From contig OZ245838.1 in NCBI GenBank assembly GCA_965228735.1, positions 5,536,001 through 5,600,000 on the forward strand: a DNA stretch of 64,000 bases. The letters run 5' to 3'. The notes under the pieces were generated by a model, which was not told where the DNA came from, ran no database searches, and saw only the letters and a program-made list of their open reading frames with translations. Numbering within the stretch: position 1 is the first letter of the stretch; the number at the start of each line of letters is the position of its first letter. Made by a program: the position numbers and the translations under genes. Source of the DNA: Planctomycetota bacterium (GTDB taxonomy: Bacteria; Planctomycetota; UBA1135; UBA2386). Positions 18,561-29,927 of the stretch are shown piece by piece.

Positions 18561-19132
18561 ATCGGCGCTCGCGGGTCGTGGCCGTTGTCAGCGCAATGGC
18601 TTGGGTGGTTCTCGCGGCGCTCGCTGCGTGCGGCGACGACGAAGCCGGCAAGGTTCCGGTGCCCGGTCAGCCAGGCGCCCACAAGACGTCGGCGAAGGTG
18701 CGGGCCGAGCGCCGGCTGTTCGACGGCGCGCCGCCCGTGATCCCGCACCAGGACTTCGGGGCCGCGTGCCTGTCGTGCCACGAGCGCGGCATGATGGTGC
18801 CGGAGGTCGGCTACGCGCCGCCCGTTCCGCATGACGGCGTGCAGAAGCCGGGGGCGATGAGCCGGTGTCGCATGTGCCACGTCTTCGTCCGAACGGACAC
18901 GACATTCGCCGCGAGCACGTTCGTCGGTTTCGCACAGGACCTGCGCAAGGGCGCCCGGCTCAACGACCACGCGCCGCCCGTCATCCCGCACCAGATCCTG
19001 CTGCGCGAGAACTGCGGGGCCTGTCACGACGGCCCGGCTGCCCGTGAGGAGGTGCGCTGCAGTCATCCCGAGCGCGTGCGTTGTCGGCAGTGTCACGTGC
19101 CGCAGGTGAGCACGGACGTGTTCGGGCGCTGA
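18557..19132 (+). CDS. napB: Tetraheme NapB-like cytochrome c lipoprotein (two tandem NapB units)
   Basis: Lipobox LAAC; APPVIPH twice; CLSCH, CRMCH, CGACH, CRQCHVPQ. ATGA overlap with napA. Confidence 0.85.
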   Translation: MNRRSRVVAVVSAMAWVVLAALAACGDDEAGKVPVPGQPGAHKTSAKVRAERRLFDGAPPVIPHQDFGAACLSCHERGMMVPEVGYAPPVPHDGVQKPGAMSRCRMCHVFVRTDTTFAASTFVGFAQDLRKGARLNDHAPPVIPHQILLRENCGACHDGPAAREEVRCSHPERVRCRQCHVPQVSTDVFGR

Positions 19133-19140
19133 GCTGTGGC

Positions 19141-20049
19141 TCAACGGACGCGATACACGTGGTAGCCGACGTGGTTGTCGGGCGCTTTCGGGTCGATCGT
19201 GATCGGTAGTTCCAGCGCGGTGCGGAGGCGCGCACCGTCCGCGGACTTCAGGCCGGCGGCGATCTGCAGCTGGTAATGCGGGCGTTTCGTCGTGCCGACC
19301 TCGGTGAGCGCCCGCTTGCGCATCGCGGGCGTGAAGGTGAGGCCGAGCGGCGGCTCGAAGCGGAACGTCGTCATGGTGCCGTCGACGTCGAGAGTCCGCA
19401 TCGGCACGAGGTGGGTCGTGTCGCCCTTCGCTTGCGGAACGATCAGCTGCACCTGGTCGAGTGTCGCGCCGTCGACCGGTCGGTCGAAGCGGATTCGAAA
19501 CCCGACGTGAGGAGCGATCAGTCCATCCGCCATCACGCCGCCGTCCTTGCCGTCGCGGCCCTTCTCGACGACCCGGACGAAGTTGCGCGGATCGTCGCCG
19601 TTCTCCGGTTCGAAGGGCAGGGCGAGCGTGACGGGAGCGCCGTGTTCGTGGACGAACGCGACGCGCGTCTCGCCGCGCGCCGGAAAAGCCTGGTGCGCCG
19701 CGGCGGCGATCTCGCGCAAACGGGCAGCGGCGGTGGGGCGATCGAGCCGGACGCGCACGTGCGCGCGCACCGCCACGGATTCCGTGCGCGTATCCCGCGT
19801 GACGGTCGCGGTCGTGAGGAGCGCGCCCGTCGCGGGATCGGCAATCCGCAGCACGTCCCCGCGATCGATGGCCTGCTGCACGCCGCGGAGGAGAACGGTG
19901 AGAACGACCTCGCCGCCCTCGGCATCCGCGACGCGTTCGAGGTGAGCCGGGATCTCACCGAGGATCCGCAGCGGAGCCTCCTGCCCGTTCGCCAGCGCGG
20001 CCAGCAGGGCGACGGCGGTGACGACCGAGTGACGAGTCGTGAGTCGCAT
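19141..20049 (-). CDS. Secreted hypothetical protein
   Basis: Signal peptide MRLTTRHSVVTAVALLAALANG-Q; Ig-like-looking 'IRFDRPVDGATL' segment. Confidence 0.6.
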   Translation of the reverse strand: MRLTTRHSVVTAVALLAALANGQEAPLRILGEIPAHLERVADAEGGEVVLTVLLRGVQQAIDRGDVLRIADPATGALLTTATVTRDTRTESVAVRAHVRVRLDRPTAAARLREIAAAAHQAFPARGETRVAFVHEHGAPVTLALPFEPENGDDPRNFVRVVEKGRDGKDGGVMADGLIAPHVGFRIRFDRPVDGATLDQVQLIVPQAKGDTTHLVPMRTLDVDGTMTTFRFEPPLGLTFTPAMRKRALTEVGTTKRPHYQLQIAAGLKSADGARLRTALELPITIDPKAPDNHVGYHVYRVR

Positions 20050-20146
20050 GCCGGACCAATAGCACTCGATCGACGACCCGTAACGGATGGCGGTACCGAA
20101 CCCGCTTCAAATCCGCCACGGGCGAATCGGCGGCGAGGTCGGTGTG

Positions 20147-20243
20147 GCCCGTACGGAACCTGGTTCATGCTGCCGGCCGCCGCAGCGCTACCTGCGAGAC
20201 GACGGCTTCGCGGCCGGCAGCATGAACCAGGTTCCGTACGGGG
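20147..20243. repeat. Perfect 34-bp inverted repeat with 29-nt spacer (REPIN/MITE-like)
   Basis: GCCCGTACGGAACCTGGTTCATGCTGCCGGCCGC (20147-20180) and its exact reverse complement (20210-20243). Confidence 0.9.
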
Positions 20244-20248
20244 CACAT

Positions 20249-21916
20249 TCACTCTGCGGCGATCTCGGTCACCGTGCCGTCCTCGACGTGCCAGCGGCGC
20301 GTCAGCGCGACCGTGTCGAGCATTCGCCGGTCGTGGGTCACGAGCAGCACCGTGCCCTCGAACGACTCCATCGCCTGTTCGAGCTGTTCGATCGCTTCGA
20401 GGTCGAGGTGGTTGGTCGGCTCATCAAGGACGAGCAGGTTGACGCCGCGGGCTTGCAGCAGCGCGAGGGCTGTGCGGGTGCGTTCGCCGGGCGACAGTGA
20501 GCTCGCGGGGCGGTCGATCTGTGCGGTGCCGATGCCGAACTTCGCGAGCAGCGTGCGCACTTCGGACGTCGGCCAGTCCGGCAGGTGCTGCGCGAACACC
20601 TCGAGCATCGGTGCATCGGCCTCGAACAGCGCGCGGGCCTGGTCGACCTCGCCGACCGCGAGGCCGGCGCCGAGATCCACGGTGCCGGTCACGGGCTGCA
20701 GTCGACCGAGCAGCAGCGCGAGCAGCGTGCTCTTGCCGGCCCCGTTCGGCCCGGTGATCGCGACGCGGTCGCGGAAGTTCAGTTGCAGGTCGAGCGGGCC
20801 GAGCGTGAACGCGGCGCTGCCCGCATCCTCGCCGCCGCGCGTTGCGACCGCGCCACGGAGCCGCGACACGACCTCGCCCGAACGATCCGCGCTCGCGATC
20901 GTGAGTTGCAGCCGCCACTCCTTGCGCGGCGCCTCGACCTGGCCGAGCCGTTCGATCATGCGTTCGGTCTGCTTGATCTTGGCGGCCTGCTTCTCCGTCG
21001 ATTCCACGCGGAACGCGCGACCGATCTTGTCGCCGTCGGGCGCGCGCCGCCGCGCGTTCTTCACACCCTTCTGCATCCACGCGCGCTGCCGCCGGGCGCG
21101 CGCTTCGAGCGCCGACTTCTTCTCCGCAAACTCCTCGTAGGCGTCCGACGCGTGCCGCCGCGTCGTCCGACGCTCCTCGAGATACGCATCGTAGCTGCCG
21201 CCGTAGACGACGACGCGCTGCAGGCTGCGGTCGATCTCGACGACCTGGTTCACGGTGCGCGCGAGGAACTCGCGGTCGTGGCTGATCACCAGCGTCGGCG
21301 CGTCGAGCTCACGAACGAAGCGCTCCAGGCGATCGAGTCCGTCGATGTCGAGGTCGTTGGTCGGCTCGTCCAGCAGGTAGGCGTCGTAGCGTGACAGCAG
21401 CAGTGCGGCGAGTCCGGCGCGGGCCGCCTGGCCGCCCGACAACGACGTCATCGCGCGGTCGAGGTCGACCGTGAGACCGAGGTCCGCCGCGACGCTCGCG
21501 GAGCGTTCCGTGAAGTCGGCGCCGCCGAGGTGCAGCCAGTGTTCGAGCGCCTCGGAGTAGCGGTCGTCGGCGCCGGTCTCGCCATCGGCCATCGCGTCGG
21601 CGGCCGCGTTCATCGCTGCTTCGGCCGCGACCGTGCCCGTCCGTCGGCCGAGCAACGCGCGGATCGTCTCGCCCTCGCGCCGTTCCGGCTCCTGCGCGAG
21701 GAAGCCGATCGACGCGTGCTTGGGCGCGACGGTGACGGTGCCCAGATCGGGCGCACGCAGCCCCGCGAGGATCCGGAGCAACGTCGACTTGCCCGTGCCG
21801 TTGGGACCGACGAGGCCGATCACGTCGCCCGGTGTCACGTCGAGGTCGAGGCCGGAGAACAGCTCGCGCGCGCCGTAGCTCGCGGCGAGTCCCCGGCCGT
21901 GGATGGAAGCGGTCAC
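20249..21916 (-). CDS. ABC-F family ATP-binding protein
   Basis: Two ABC domains (GPNGTGKST/LSGGQ/LLDEPTN and GPNGAGKST/LSPGE/LVLDEPTNHLD), helical linker, no TM segments. Confidence 0.92.
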   Translation of the reverse strand: MTASIHGRGLAASYGARELFSGLDLDVTPGDVIGLVGPNGTGKSTLLRILAGLRAPDLGTVTVAPKHASIGFLAQEPERREGETIRALLGRRTGTVAAEAAMNAAADAMADGETGADDRYSEALEHWLHLGGADFTERSASVAADLGLTVDLDRAMTSLSGGQAARAGLAALLLSRYDAYLLDEPTNDLDIDGLDRLERFVRELDAPTLVISHDREFLARTVNQVVEIDRSLQRVVVYGGSYDAYLEERRTTRRHASDAYEEFAEKKSALEARARRQRAWMQKGVKNARRRAPDGDKIGRAFRVESTEKQAAKIKQTERMIERLGQVEAPRKEWRLQLTIASADRSGEVVSRLRGAVATRGGEDAGSAAFTLGPLDLQLNFRDRVAITGPNGAGKSTLLALLLGRLQPVTGTVDLGAGLAVGEVDQARALFEADAPMLEVFAQHLPDWPTSEVRTLLAKFGIGTAQIDRPASSLSPGERTRTALALLQARGVNLLVLDEPTNHLDLEAIEQLEQAMESFEGTVLLVTHDRRMLDTVALTRRWHVEDGTVTEIAAE

Positions 21917-21955
21917 GTGATCTCTGTAGCGGACCGCAGGCCCGCCGTCGAACGT

Positions 21956-23623
21956 TCAGCGGCGGTAGACGACGCGGCCGCCGACCATCGTGAGCTGCAC
22001 CTTCGTCTCGGACAGTTCTGCCGGCGGCACGTCGAACAGGTCGCCCGCGACGAGCACGAGGTCCGCGAGGTAGCCGGCGCGCAGCATCCCGAGGCGGTCT
22101 TCAGAATGACCGGCGAACGCGCCGCCGCGCGTGTACCCGGTCAAAGCCTCGGTCAGCGTGATCTTCTGCTCGGGGACCCAGCCCGCCGGGTTCTTGCCGT
22201 CGATCGTCACGCGCGTGACCGCCGCTTCGAGGCCGAGCCACGGCGACAGCGGCGCGACGGGCCAGTCACTGCCGAACGCGAGCACGGCGCCGGCGTCGAG
22301 CAGGCTGCGGAACGCGTACGTCGTGCGCGCGCGGTCCTCGCCGATCCGCTTCTTCGCCCAGCGGCCGTCGTCCGCGGCGTGATACGGCTGCATCGACGCG
22401 ATGACGCCGAGCTCGGCGAAGCGCGGGATGTCGGCGGGCAGCAGGTGCTGCGCGTGCTCGATCCGCGGCCGTTGCGCGCGCAGGCCCTCGGTCGCGGCCA
22501 TGAGATCGAGGACCGCGTGGTTCGCGCGGTCACCGATGGCGTGCACGGCGGGCTGCAGGTGCAGGTGCGCGCACTGCGCGAGCCACTCCGCGAGGTCGCC
22601 GTTCTCGACCTCCGGCATCGCGAGCCCTGCGGTGTCCGGCGCGTCGGCGTAGGGCGCCTCGAACCACGCGGTCGTCGAGCCGAGCGAACCGTCGGCGAAC
22701 GCCTTGCCGCCGTTCACGCGCAGGTAGCCGTCACCGAAGCCGCGCTGCACGCGGACCGCGCCCCAGCGAGCGATGTCCCGCAGCGGTGTGTAGAGCGTGA
22801 TTCGACACGTCAGTCGATCTTCGCGACGCAGCTCCTGATACGTCGGCAGCTCCGAGTACCCGTAGAGCATGTCGCATACCGAGGTGACGCCGAGTTCGCG
22901 GGCGTGGCGCAGCGCCGCCTCGGCGCGCAGTCGCCGTTGCTCCGCGTTCCACGCCGGCACGTGCGCCTGCACGAGCGCCATCGCGGCGTCCTTGAACACG
23001 CCCGCGGGCGCGCCGCCCGACGTCCGCACGATCGTCCCGCCCGGCGGATCCGGCGTCGCCTTCGTGACCCGCGCGATCCGGATCGCGAAGCTGTTGGCGA
23101 CCGCCATGTGACCGTCGAGCCGCTGCACGAACACCGGATGATCCGGCACGTAGCGATCGAGCACCGCGGCCGTCGGCAGCTGGGCGTCGGGCCAGCGCTC
23201 GTGATCCCAGAGCCCCGACGTGAGCCAGCTCCCGGCCGGCAACTCTGCCGCCGCTGCGCGCAACCGTTCGCCGAGCTGTTCGACGCTCGTCGCGCTGCGC
23301 AGGTCCGGCGCGAGGAGCTCGTCGCCGCCGCCGAGGAAGTGCACGTGCGAGTCGATGAAGCCGGGGAGCAGGGTGCCGCCGTCGCAGTCGATGGTCGTCG
23401 CTCGCGGTCCTGCGCGCTCGGCCGCCGTCTTGGCGTCGCCGACGAATGCGATGCGGTCAGAGGTGACGACGACGGCTTCGGCCAGCGGGCGGGCCGGGTC
23501 CGCGGTCCAGACCCTGGCGCCCGTGAACAGCGTCGTCGCGGGCGGCGCCGGGGCCTGCGCAACCACCGATTGCATGGCGAGCGCGAACAGCGCAACGAGC
23601 GAGCGGGCCGTCATGCCGGGCAT
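21956..23623 (-). CDS. Secreted amidohydrolase (YtcJ-like)
   Basis: Signal peptide ending VVA-Q; PGFIDSHVH, KAFADGSLGS, HAIGDRAN, RIEHAQ, FGSDWPV, GYLADLV. The upstream part of the 993-aa track ORF is shadow of the ECF gene. Confidence 0.92.
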   Translation of the reverse strand: MPGMTARSLVALFALAMQSVVAQAPAPPATTLFTGARVWTADPARPLAEAVVVTSDRIAFVGDAKTAAERAGPRATTIDCDGGTLLPGFIDSHVHFLGGGDELLAPDLRSATSVEQLGERLRAAAAELPAGSWLTSGLWDHERWPDAQLPTAAVLDRYVPDHPVFVQRLDGHMAVANSFAIRIARVTKATPDPPGGTIVRTSGGAPAGVFKDAAMALVQAHVPAWNAEQRRLRAEAALRHARELGVTSVCDMLYGYSELPTYQELRREDRLTCRITLYTPLRDIARWGAVRVQRGFGDGYLRVNGGKAFADGSLGSTTAWFEAPYADAPDTAGLAMPEVENGDLAEWLAQCAHLHLQPAVHAIGDRANHAVLDLMAATEGLRAQRPRIEHAQHLLPADIPRFAELGVIASMQPYHAADDGRWAKKRIGEDRARTTYAFRSLLDAGAVLAFGSDWPVAPLSPWLGLEAAVTRVTIDGKNPAGWVPEQKITLTEALTGYTRGGAFAGHSEDRLGMLRAGYLADLVLVAGDLFDVPPAELSETKVQLTMVGGRVVYRR

Positions 23624-23707
23624 GGTAGGGCGTCCGCGCGGCGCGCCGGGAGTCGGAAATATTTGCCGACCACCTGCCGCTGCCGCGATCCCTGGCATCT
23701 TCCTCAC

Positions 23708-26287
23708 GTGACCGACACGGCTCTGACCCGAACGCTGACCGAGCAGCTCGACGCGCTGCGCGCGCTCGCGCACCAGCTCGTGCGCGATCCCGAGTACGCG
23801 GACGACGCCGTGCAGGATGCGTGCGTCGCGGTGCTGCGTCGGCAGGGTCGGGCGCCGCGAACCGTTCGCAGCTGGTTCGGCAACGTCGTGCAGAACGCGG
23901 CGCGCCAGCGGGTGCGCGGCGAGCAGCGGCGGCGCGAACGCGAACGCACGGCGCACGAACTGCGCGATGGCGAGCGCGACGACGGGGCGGATCCCGCGGC
24001 GGCGTTCGCGGATCTCGCGCTGCATCGTCGGCTGCTCGCGCACGTCAGCGAGCTGCCCGCGCGGCAGCGCGCGGTCGTCACCCTGCGATTCTGGCGCGGC
24101 GCGTCGACGCGCGAGGTCGCGGTGACCCTCGGCATCACGGCGCGCGCGGTGCGCGACCGGCAGCAGGAAGCGCTGCGCGAGCTGCGCCGTCGCCTCGACG
24201 CCGAGTCCGGCAGTCGCCGGGCGTGGGCCCTGCCGCTCGCGGGCTGGGTCGGCAGCGGACCGGCCGGCGCGGAGCCGGCGGCGACCGCCTCCACCTTCAC
24301 CCTCTTCACCAGTTGGTTCGTCATGCCTGCCAAGCTCCTCGTCGTGAGCGGCCTCGTGCTCGCCGTTGCCGCCGTCGCGTTCGTCTTCGGGAGCGATCCC
24401 GCCGATCCCGCGCTCGATCCCGACGCCGACCGCACGGCCGTGGTGGACGAGTCGACGACCGGCGCGGCTCGCCTCCCGGAACAGCGCGAGGTCGAGCGCG
24501 CGGCGGTCGAGACCCCGGTCGCGGTCGAAGAGCCGAAGGCTCCCGCGGAGGTTCGCATGCTGCGCGGCGTCGTCGCGGACCTCGCGGGCAAGCGGCTCGC
24601 CGGCGTGCCCGTCGTCTTCGATCCGGACGGCGACGATCAGGCGCGTTCGGAGCCGGTCATCACCGCGTCCGACGGTGCGTTCGTGCTGCCGTTCCCCGAG
24701 GAGAGGGGCAACGTCACGACGGTCGAAGGCGGCGACTGGGCGACGGTGCGGCGCTATCGCCACGACGACCGCGGCAACCCCGAGAGCGTCGTCGTGCTCG
24801 TCGCGCCGGCGCGCGATTACGCGGGGACCGTGATCGACCCCGACGGCGCGCCGGTGAGCCACGCGCAGGTCGTGATCGACGTGCCGGAGGTCGGGCGCAC
24901 GCGGCTCCTCGACGGCGTGGCGCTGCACCTGCCGCACGACCTCGGCATGACCGAGACGGATGGCAGCGGGCGCTTCGCGTTCGCGGACATCGGCTGGCTG
25001 CCGGGGTGCAAGGTCGTCGCGCGGCGCTCGCCGTTCGGCGGGGCCGAGGTCGAACTGCCGGCCGTCTCGACGGGCAACCTGCTGCTGCAGCTGAGTGCGC
25101 CGACGCCGCAGGACGCGATCTACGGCATCGTGCTCGATGCGAGCGGCACCCCGGTGCCGGATGCTTCCGTCGCCGCGGGCGCGCTCGCAGGCAAGACGGC
25201 GCGCGACGGCACGTTCCGCGCGCTGTGGCGGACCGAGACGCCGCCGGCGTTCGTGAGCGTCGTCGTGCCGCGGCTCGGCGCCGCGACGGCGACGTTGCGG
25301 CGCGGTCCTGGCGAGCCCGGCTGGAGCGCGGACAACCCGGTCGTGCTGCAGCTACCGCGGGCACCGCTGCGGCTCACCGGCCGCGTCGTCGACAGCGACG
25401 GCAACCCCGTCGCGGGCGCGCGCGTGTGGACGCCCGACCTCACGTTCTTCGGTCAGGTCGTGCGCGATGCGCAGGGTCACGAGGTCTACTCCGAGTGCTC
25501 GGTGGAAGAGCAGTTCGGTGACCACAACATGCTGGAGGTGCGCACCGTCACGGATCAGGACGGCAACTTCGAGCTCGCAGGGGTGTTGCCGCGCGACTAC
25601 GCGCTGTTCGCGCTCGACCCGCGCACGGCCGCTGCCGTCGGGCCGGTCGTCGCCAACGCCAACGGACCGGTCGAGCTGCGGCTCGGCGGCGAACCGCGCC
25701 GGCGCGTCGCCGGCCGCATCCGCACGGCAAAGGGCGAGCCGCTCGCCGGCGTGCATGTTCGCCTCGCGCGCGAGATGCCGTGGCAACGTCCCGAACGATC
25801 GCCCGACCCGTGGACGGGTTCGCCGATGGCCCCGCCGCGCGCGACGAGCGGTCGCTTCGGCGAGGGCGCAGTGACCGACAGCGACGGCCGCTTCGAGCTC
25901 GCGCCCGTCGCGGTGACCGGCGTGTCGCTGCGCTTCAGTGGTGACAACCTGATGATGCCGCGGCCGTTCGCGCTCGCGTCCGCCAGTGATCTCGAGAACC
26001 TCGACATCGAGCTGCCGGCGCGGTCCTCGATCCGGGTCGTGCTCGAGTCGGTCGAGGTCGCGGACTCGTTCTCGCTCGTCGGACCGAACGACGGCCACGT
26101 GACGATCCTGCTGCGCGCCGAAGGGTTGCTCCTGTCCGTGGGCAAGGTCGAGTTCGCGGCCGGGGTCGCGCCCGTCGTGATGACCGACGCGCGGCCCGTG
26201 ACGCTGATCCTGTGGCGGGGCGACGAGGAGATCCGGCGGCAGCCGCTCGAGCTGCGCCCCGGCGGGCCGCACGAGATTCGATTGTGA
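23708..26287 (+). CDS. ECF sigma factor fused to a TM helix and extracytoplasmic carboxypeptidase-regulatory-like repeats
   Basis: GTG 23708; region 2 'LRALAHQLVRDPEYADDAVQDA', region 4 'LPARQRAVVTLRF...EVAVTLG'; TM 'LLVVSGLVLAVAAVAFVF'; multiple GxVxDxxGxP/TDxxGxF modules. Confidence 0.88.
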   Translation: MTDTALTRTLTEQLDALRALAHQLVRDPEYADDAVQDACVAVLRRQGRAPRTVRSWFGNVVQNAARQRVRGEQRRRERERTAHELRDGERDDGADPAAAFADLALHRRLLAHVSELPARQRAVVTLRFWRGASTREVAVTLGITARAVRDRQQEALRELRRRLDAESGSRRAWALPLAGWVGSGPAGAEPAATASTFTLFTSWFVMPAKLLVVSGLVLAVAAVAFVFGSDPADPALDPDADRTAVVDESTTGAARLPEQREVERAAVETPVAVEEPKAPAEVRMLRGVVADLAGKRLAGVPVVFDPDGDDQARSEPVITASDGAFVLPFPEERGNVTTVEGGDWATVRRYRHDDRGNPESVVVLVAPARDYAGTVIDPDGAPVSHAQVVIDVPEVGRTRLLDGVALHLPHDLGMTETDGSGRFAFADIGWLPGCKVVARRSPFGGAEVELPAVSTGNLLLQLSAPTPQDAIYGIVLDASGTPVPDASVAAGALAGKTARDGTFRALWRTETPPAFVSVVVPRLGAATATLRRGPGEPGWSADNPVVLQLPRAPLRLTGRVVDSDGNPVAGARVWTPDLTFFGQVVRDAQGHEVYSECSVEEQFGDHNMLEVRTVTDQDGNFELAGVLPRDYALFALDPRTAAAVGPVVANANGPVELRLGGEPRRRVAGRIRTAKGEPLAGVHVRLAREMPWQRPERSPDPWTGSPMAPPRATSGRFGEGAVTDSDGRFELAPVAVTGVSLRFSGDNLMMPRPFALASASDLENLDIELPARSSIRVVLESVEVADSFSLVGPNDGHVTILLRAEGLLLSVGKVEFAAGVAPVVMTDARPVTLILWRGDEEIRRQPLELRPGGPHEIRL

Positions 26288-26333
26288 CCGGTGTCGGGAA
26301 CCATCCGGCGCGCGCGCCCGATATGTTGACGGC

Positions 26334-27893
26334 ATGCGACCCGCCCGCTCGTGCGTTCTCTTCCCTGCGCTCGCGTTCGCGCTGCCGCTGACGGCGCAGC
26401 AACCCTACGGTCACCCGACCGGTGGCGCGGGCGGCTTCGAACCGGCGCTCTCCGCGCCCGGCCCGTGGTTGGGCAATTCGTCGTTCGGCGTCACGATTCG
26501 CGGAGGTGCGGGCGGGGCGCCCGGCCTCGTCGTGCTCGGCTCGGCACCTTCTAGCCTGCCGGTAGCAGGCTTCGAGTACCTCATCGATCCCGCGGCGGTC
26601 ATCGGCTCGATCCTGACGGTGCTCGGTGGTTCGCAGCCGGGTGAAGGCACGGGGACCGTAGCCTTGCCGTTGCCGCCGTCGCCGGTGTTCGCGGGAGTGC
26701 GCCTGTACTCGCAGGCGGTGATCGCGGACGCGGGCGCTCCTGCGGGAGTCGCGGCGACGCATGGTCTGCGGGTCGACCTGACCGACGCGCCGTTGGTCTT
26801 CGTCGGTTGCTCGATCGCGAACGCGGATCCGTTCCAGCTGATCGATCCCTTCGCCGGGGTGGTCGTGGATTCGGGCGCGCCGGCGCAGGTCAACAACGTC
26901 ACCGCAGCTGCCTTCGGCGATGGCGGCCGTCGTCTGTGGGTCGCGTCGAGCATCGCGGGAACGGTCGGGGAGGCCGACGCAACGAGCTTGCCGGCAACCT
27001 GGACGACGATCTTCTCCGGGGGCGGGACGTGCTATGGCCTGGCGTACGATCGGCGGCGCGACTGGCTTTGGACACTGACCAATCCCGGTATCGGCAGCCG
27101 TGAACTGACGGCGCTCGATGTGGCACCGGGCAGCCCGAGCTACGGCCAGGTCGCAACCAATACGGTCGGGGTCGCGAGCGGGATCTACGAGCGCTGGACC
27201 CTGTCGCCGTCGGGGCGACGCGCCGCCGTGCTCGGACTCACCGGCCTGATGGGCACACTCACGATCGTCGACACCGACGATACGTCGCCGACGTTCTTGC
27301 AGAACCTGGTGAACGCCGTCTCCGTGCCCGTCAGCCAGGCGACGACGATCGCGCTCCCGAATCAGGTCCGCATCACACCCGACGACCGCTACGCGCTCGT
27401 GCTCCTGCAGCTGCCCGGGGCGACGCCTGGCGAGATCGCGCGCTACGACATCGAGAACGGCGCGTTCATCGATCACGACCCGGCGACGCCGGCGATCGAC
27501 AACCTCGGCCCGACGAGCTCGCCCCCGATCGCGCTCGGCGGCGCGCCGCACGGCTTCTCGGTCGCGCAGAGCGGCACGTTCGCGATCGTGTCCGGCTTCA
27601 ACGCCTGCGGCTGGATCGGGCGGCTCGAGCTCGACCCGTACGACCCGTTGTCCTTCCAATGGACGACTTGGTCGCCTTCGACCGTCTTGTCGAACGCCTG
27701 GGCCGCGACCCTGTCGCCGGACGAGACGGAGGTCGGGGTGGCGCGGTGGGCGAGCAATCAGTGCACCTCGACGGTCACGCCTGCGTTCGTCAGGCTCGAC
27801 AGCGCGACGGGTACCGTCCTCGGAACCACGGCGATCGCGGCCAACAGCAACTCGTCGACCTTGCAGAACCTCTACACCGTCGTGTATCGCTGA
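26334..27893 (+). CDS. Secreted beta-propeller protein carrying the recurrent domain at its N-terminus
   Basis: Signal ending LTA-QQ; 'PWLGN...LPLPPSPVFAGVRLYSQAVIADAGAPAG' followed by YncE-like blades (FGDGGRRLWV, LSPSGRRA, ITPDDRYALV). Confidence 0.7.
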   Translation: MRPARSCVLFPALAFALPLTAQQPYGHPTGGAGGFEPALSAPGPWLGNSSFGVTIRGGAGGAPGLVVLGSAPSSLPVAGFEYLIDPAAVIGSILTVLGGSQPGEGTGTVALPLPPSPVFAGVRLYSQAVIADAGAPAGVAATHGLRVDLTDAPLVFVGCSIANADPFQLIDPFAGVVVDSGAPAQVNNVTAAAFGDGGRRLWVASSIAGTVGEADATSLPATWTTIFSGGGTCYGLAYDRRRDWLWTLTNPGIGSRELTALDVAPGSPSYGQVATNTVGVASGIYERWTLSPSGRRAAVLGLTGLMGTLTIVDTDDTSPTFLQNLVNAVSVPVSQATTIALPNQVRITPDDRYALVLLQLPGATPGEIARYDIENGAFIDHDPATPAIDNLGPTSSPPIALGGAPHGFSVAQSGTFAIVSGFNACGWIGRLELDPYDPLSFQWTTWSPSTVLSNAWAATLSPDETEVGVARWASNQCTSTVTPAFVRLDSATGTVLGTTAIAANSNSSTLQNLYTVVYR

Positions 27894-27962
27894 CTCGCTG
27901 CGACGGTCGAGTGCGCGTGCCGGGGAGCCTCGACGCTGCCGGGTGTGCCACGGGCTGCAGTG

Positions 27963-29777
<1,815 letters not shown>

Positions 29778-29927
29778 GGAGGGGAAGCCGTCGGGATCGT
29801 GCGGTTCGGCAGGGCCTGAGTGGCCCCGCGGCCGCGGTTCGGGGCGAAGAGTGTAGCGACCGAGGGGGCCGGCGTCGATCCGTGCCTCGGCCAGGTCGGG
29901 CCGAAGCTCGAAGATCCGCCGGCGGCC

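Noticed and set aside
20249..21916. Antibiotic-resistance ABC-F
   Set aside because: Subfamily cannot be assigned by eye; no leader peptide or resistance context seen.
21530..23707. N-terminal 726 aa of the 1585-aa ORF, suggesting a giant sigma fusion
   Set aside because: It is antisense to the amidohydrolase and ABC-F genes; sigma homology starts at GTG 23708.
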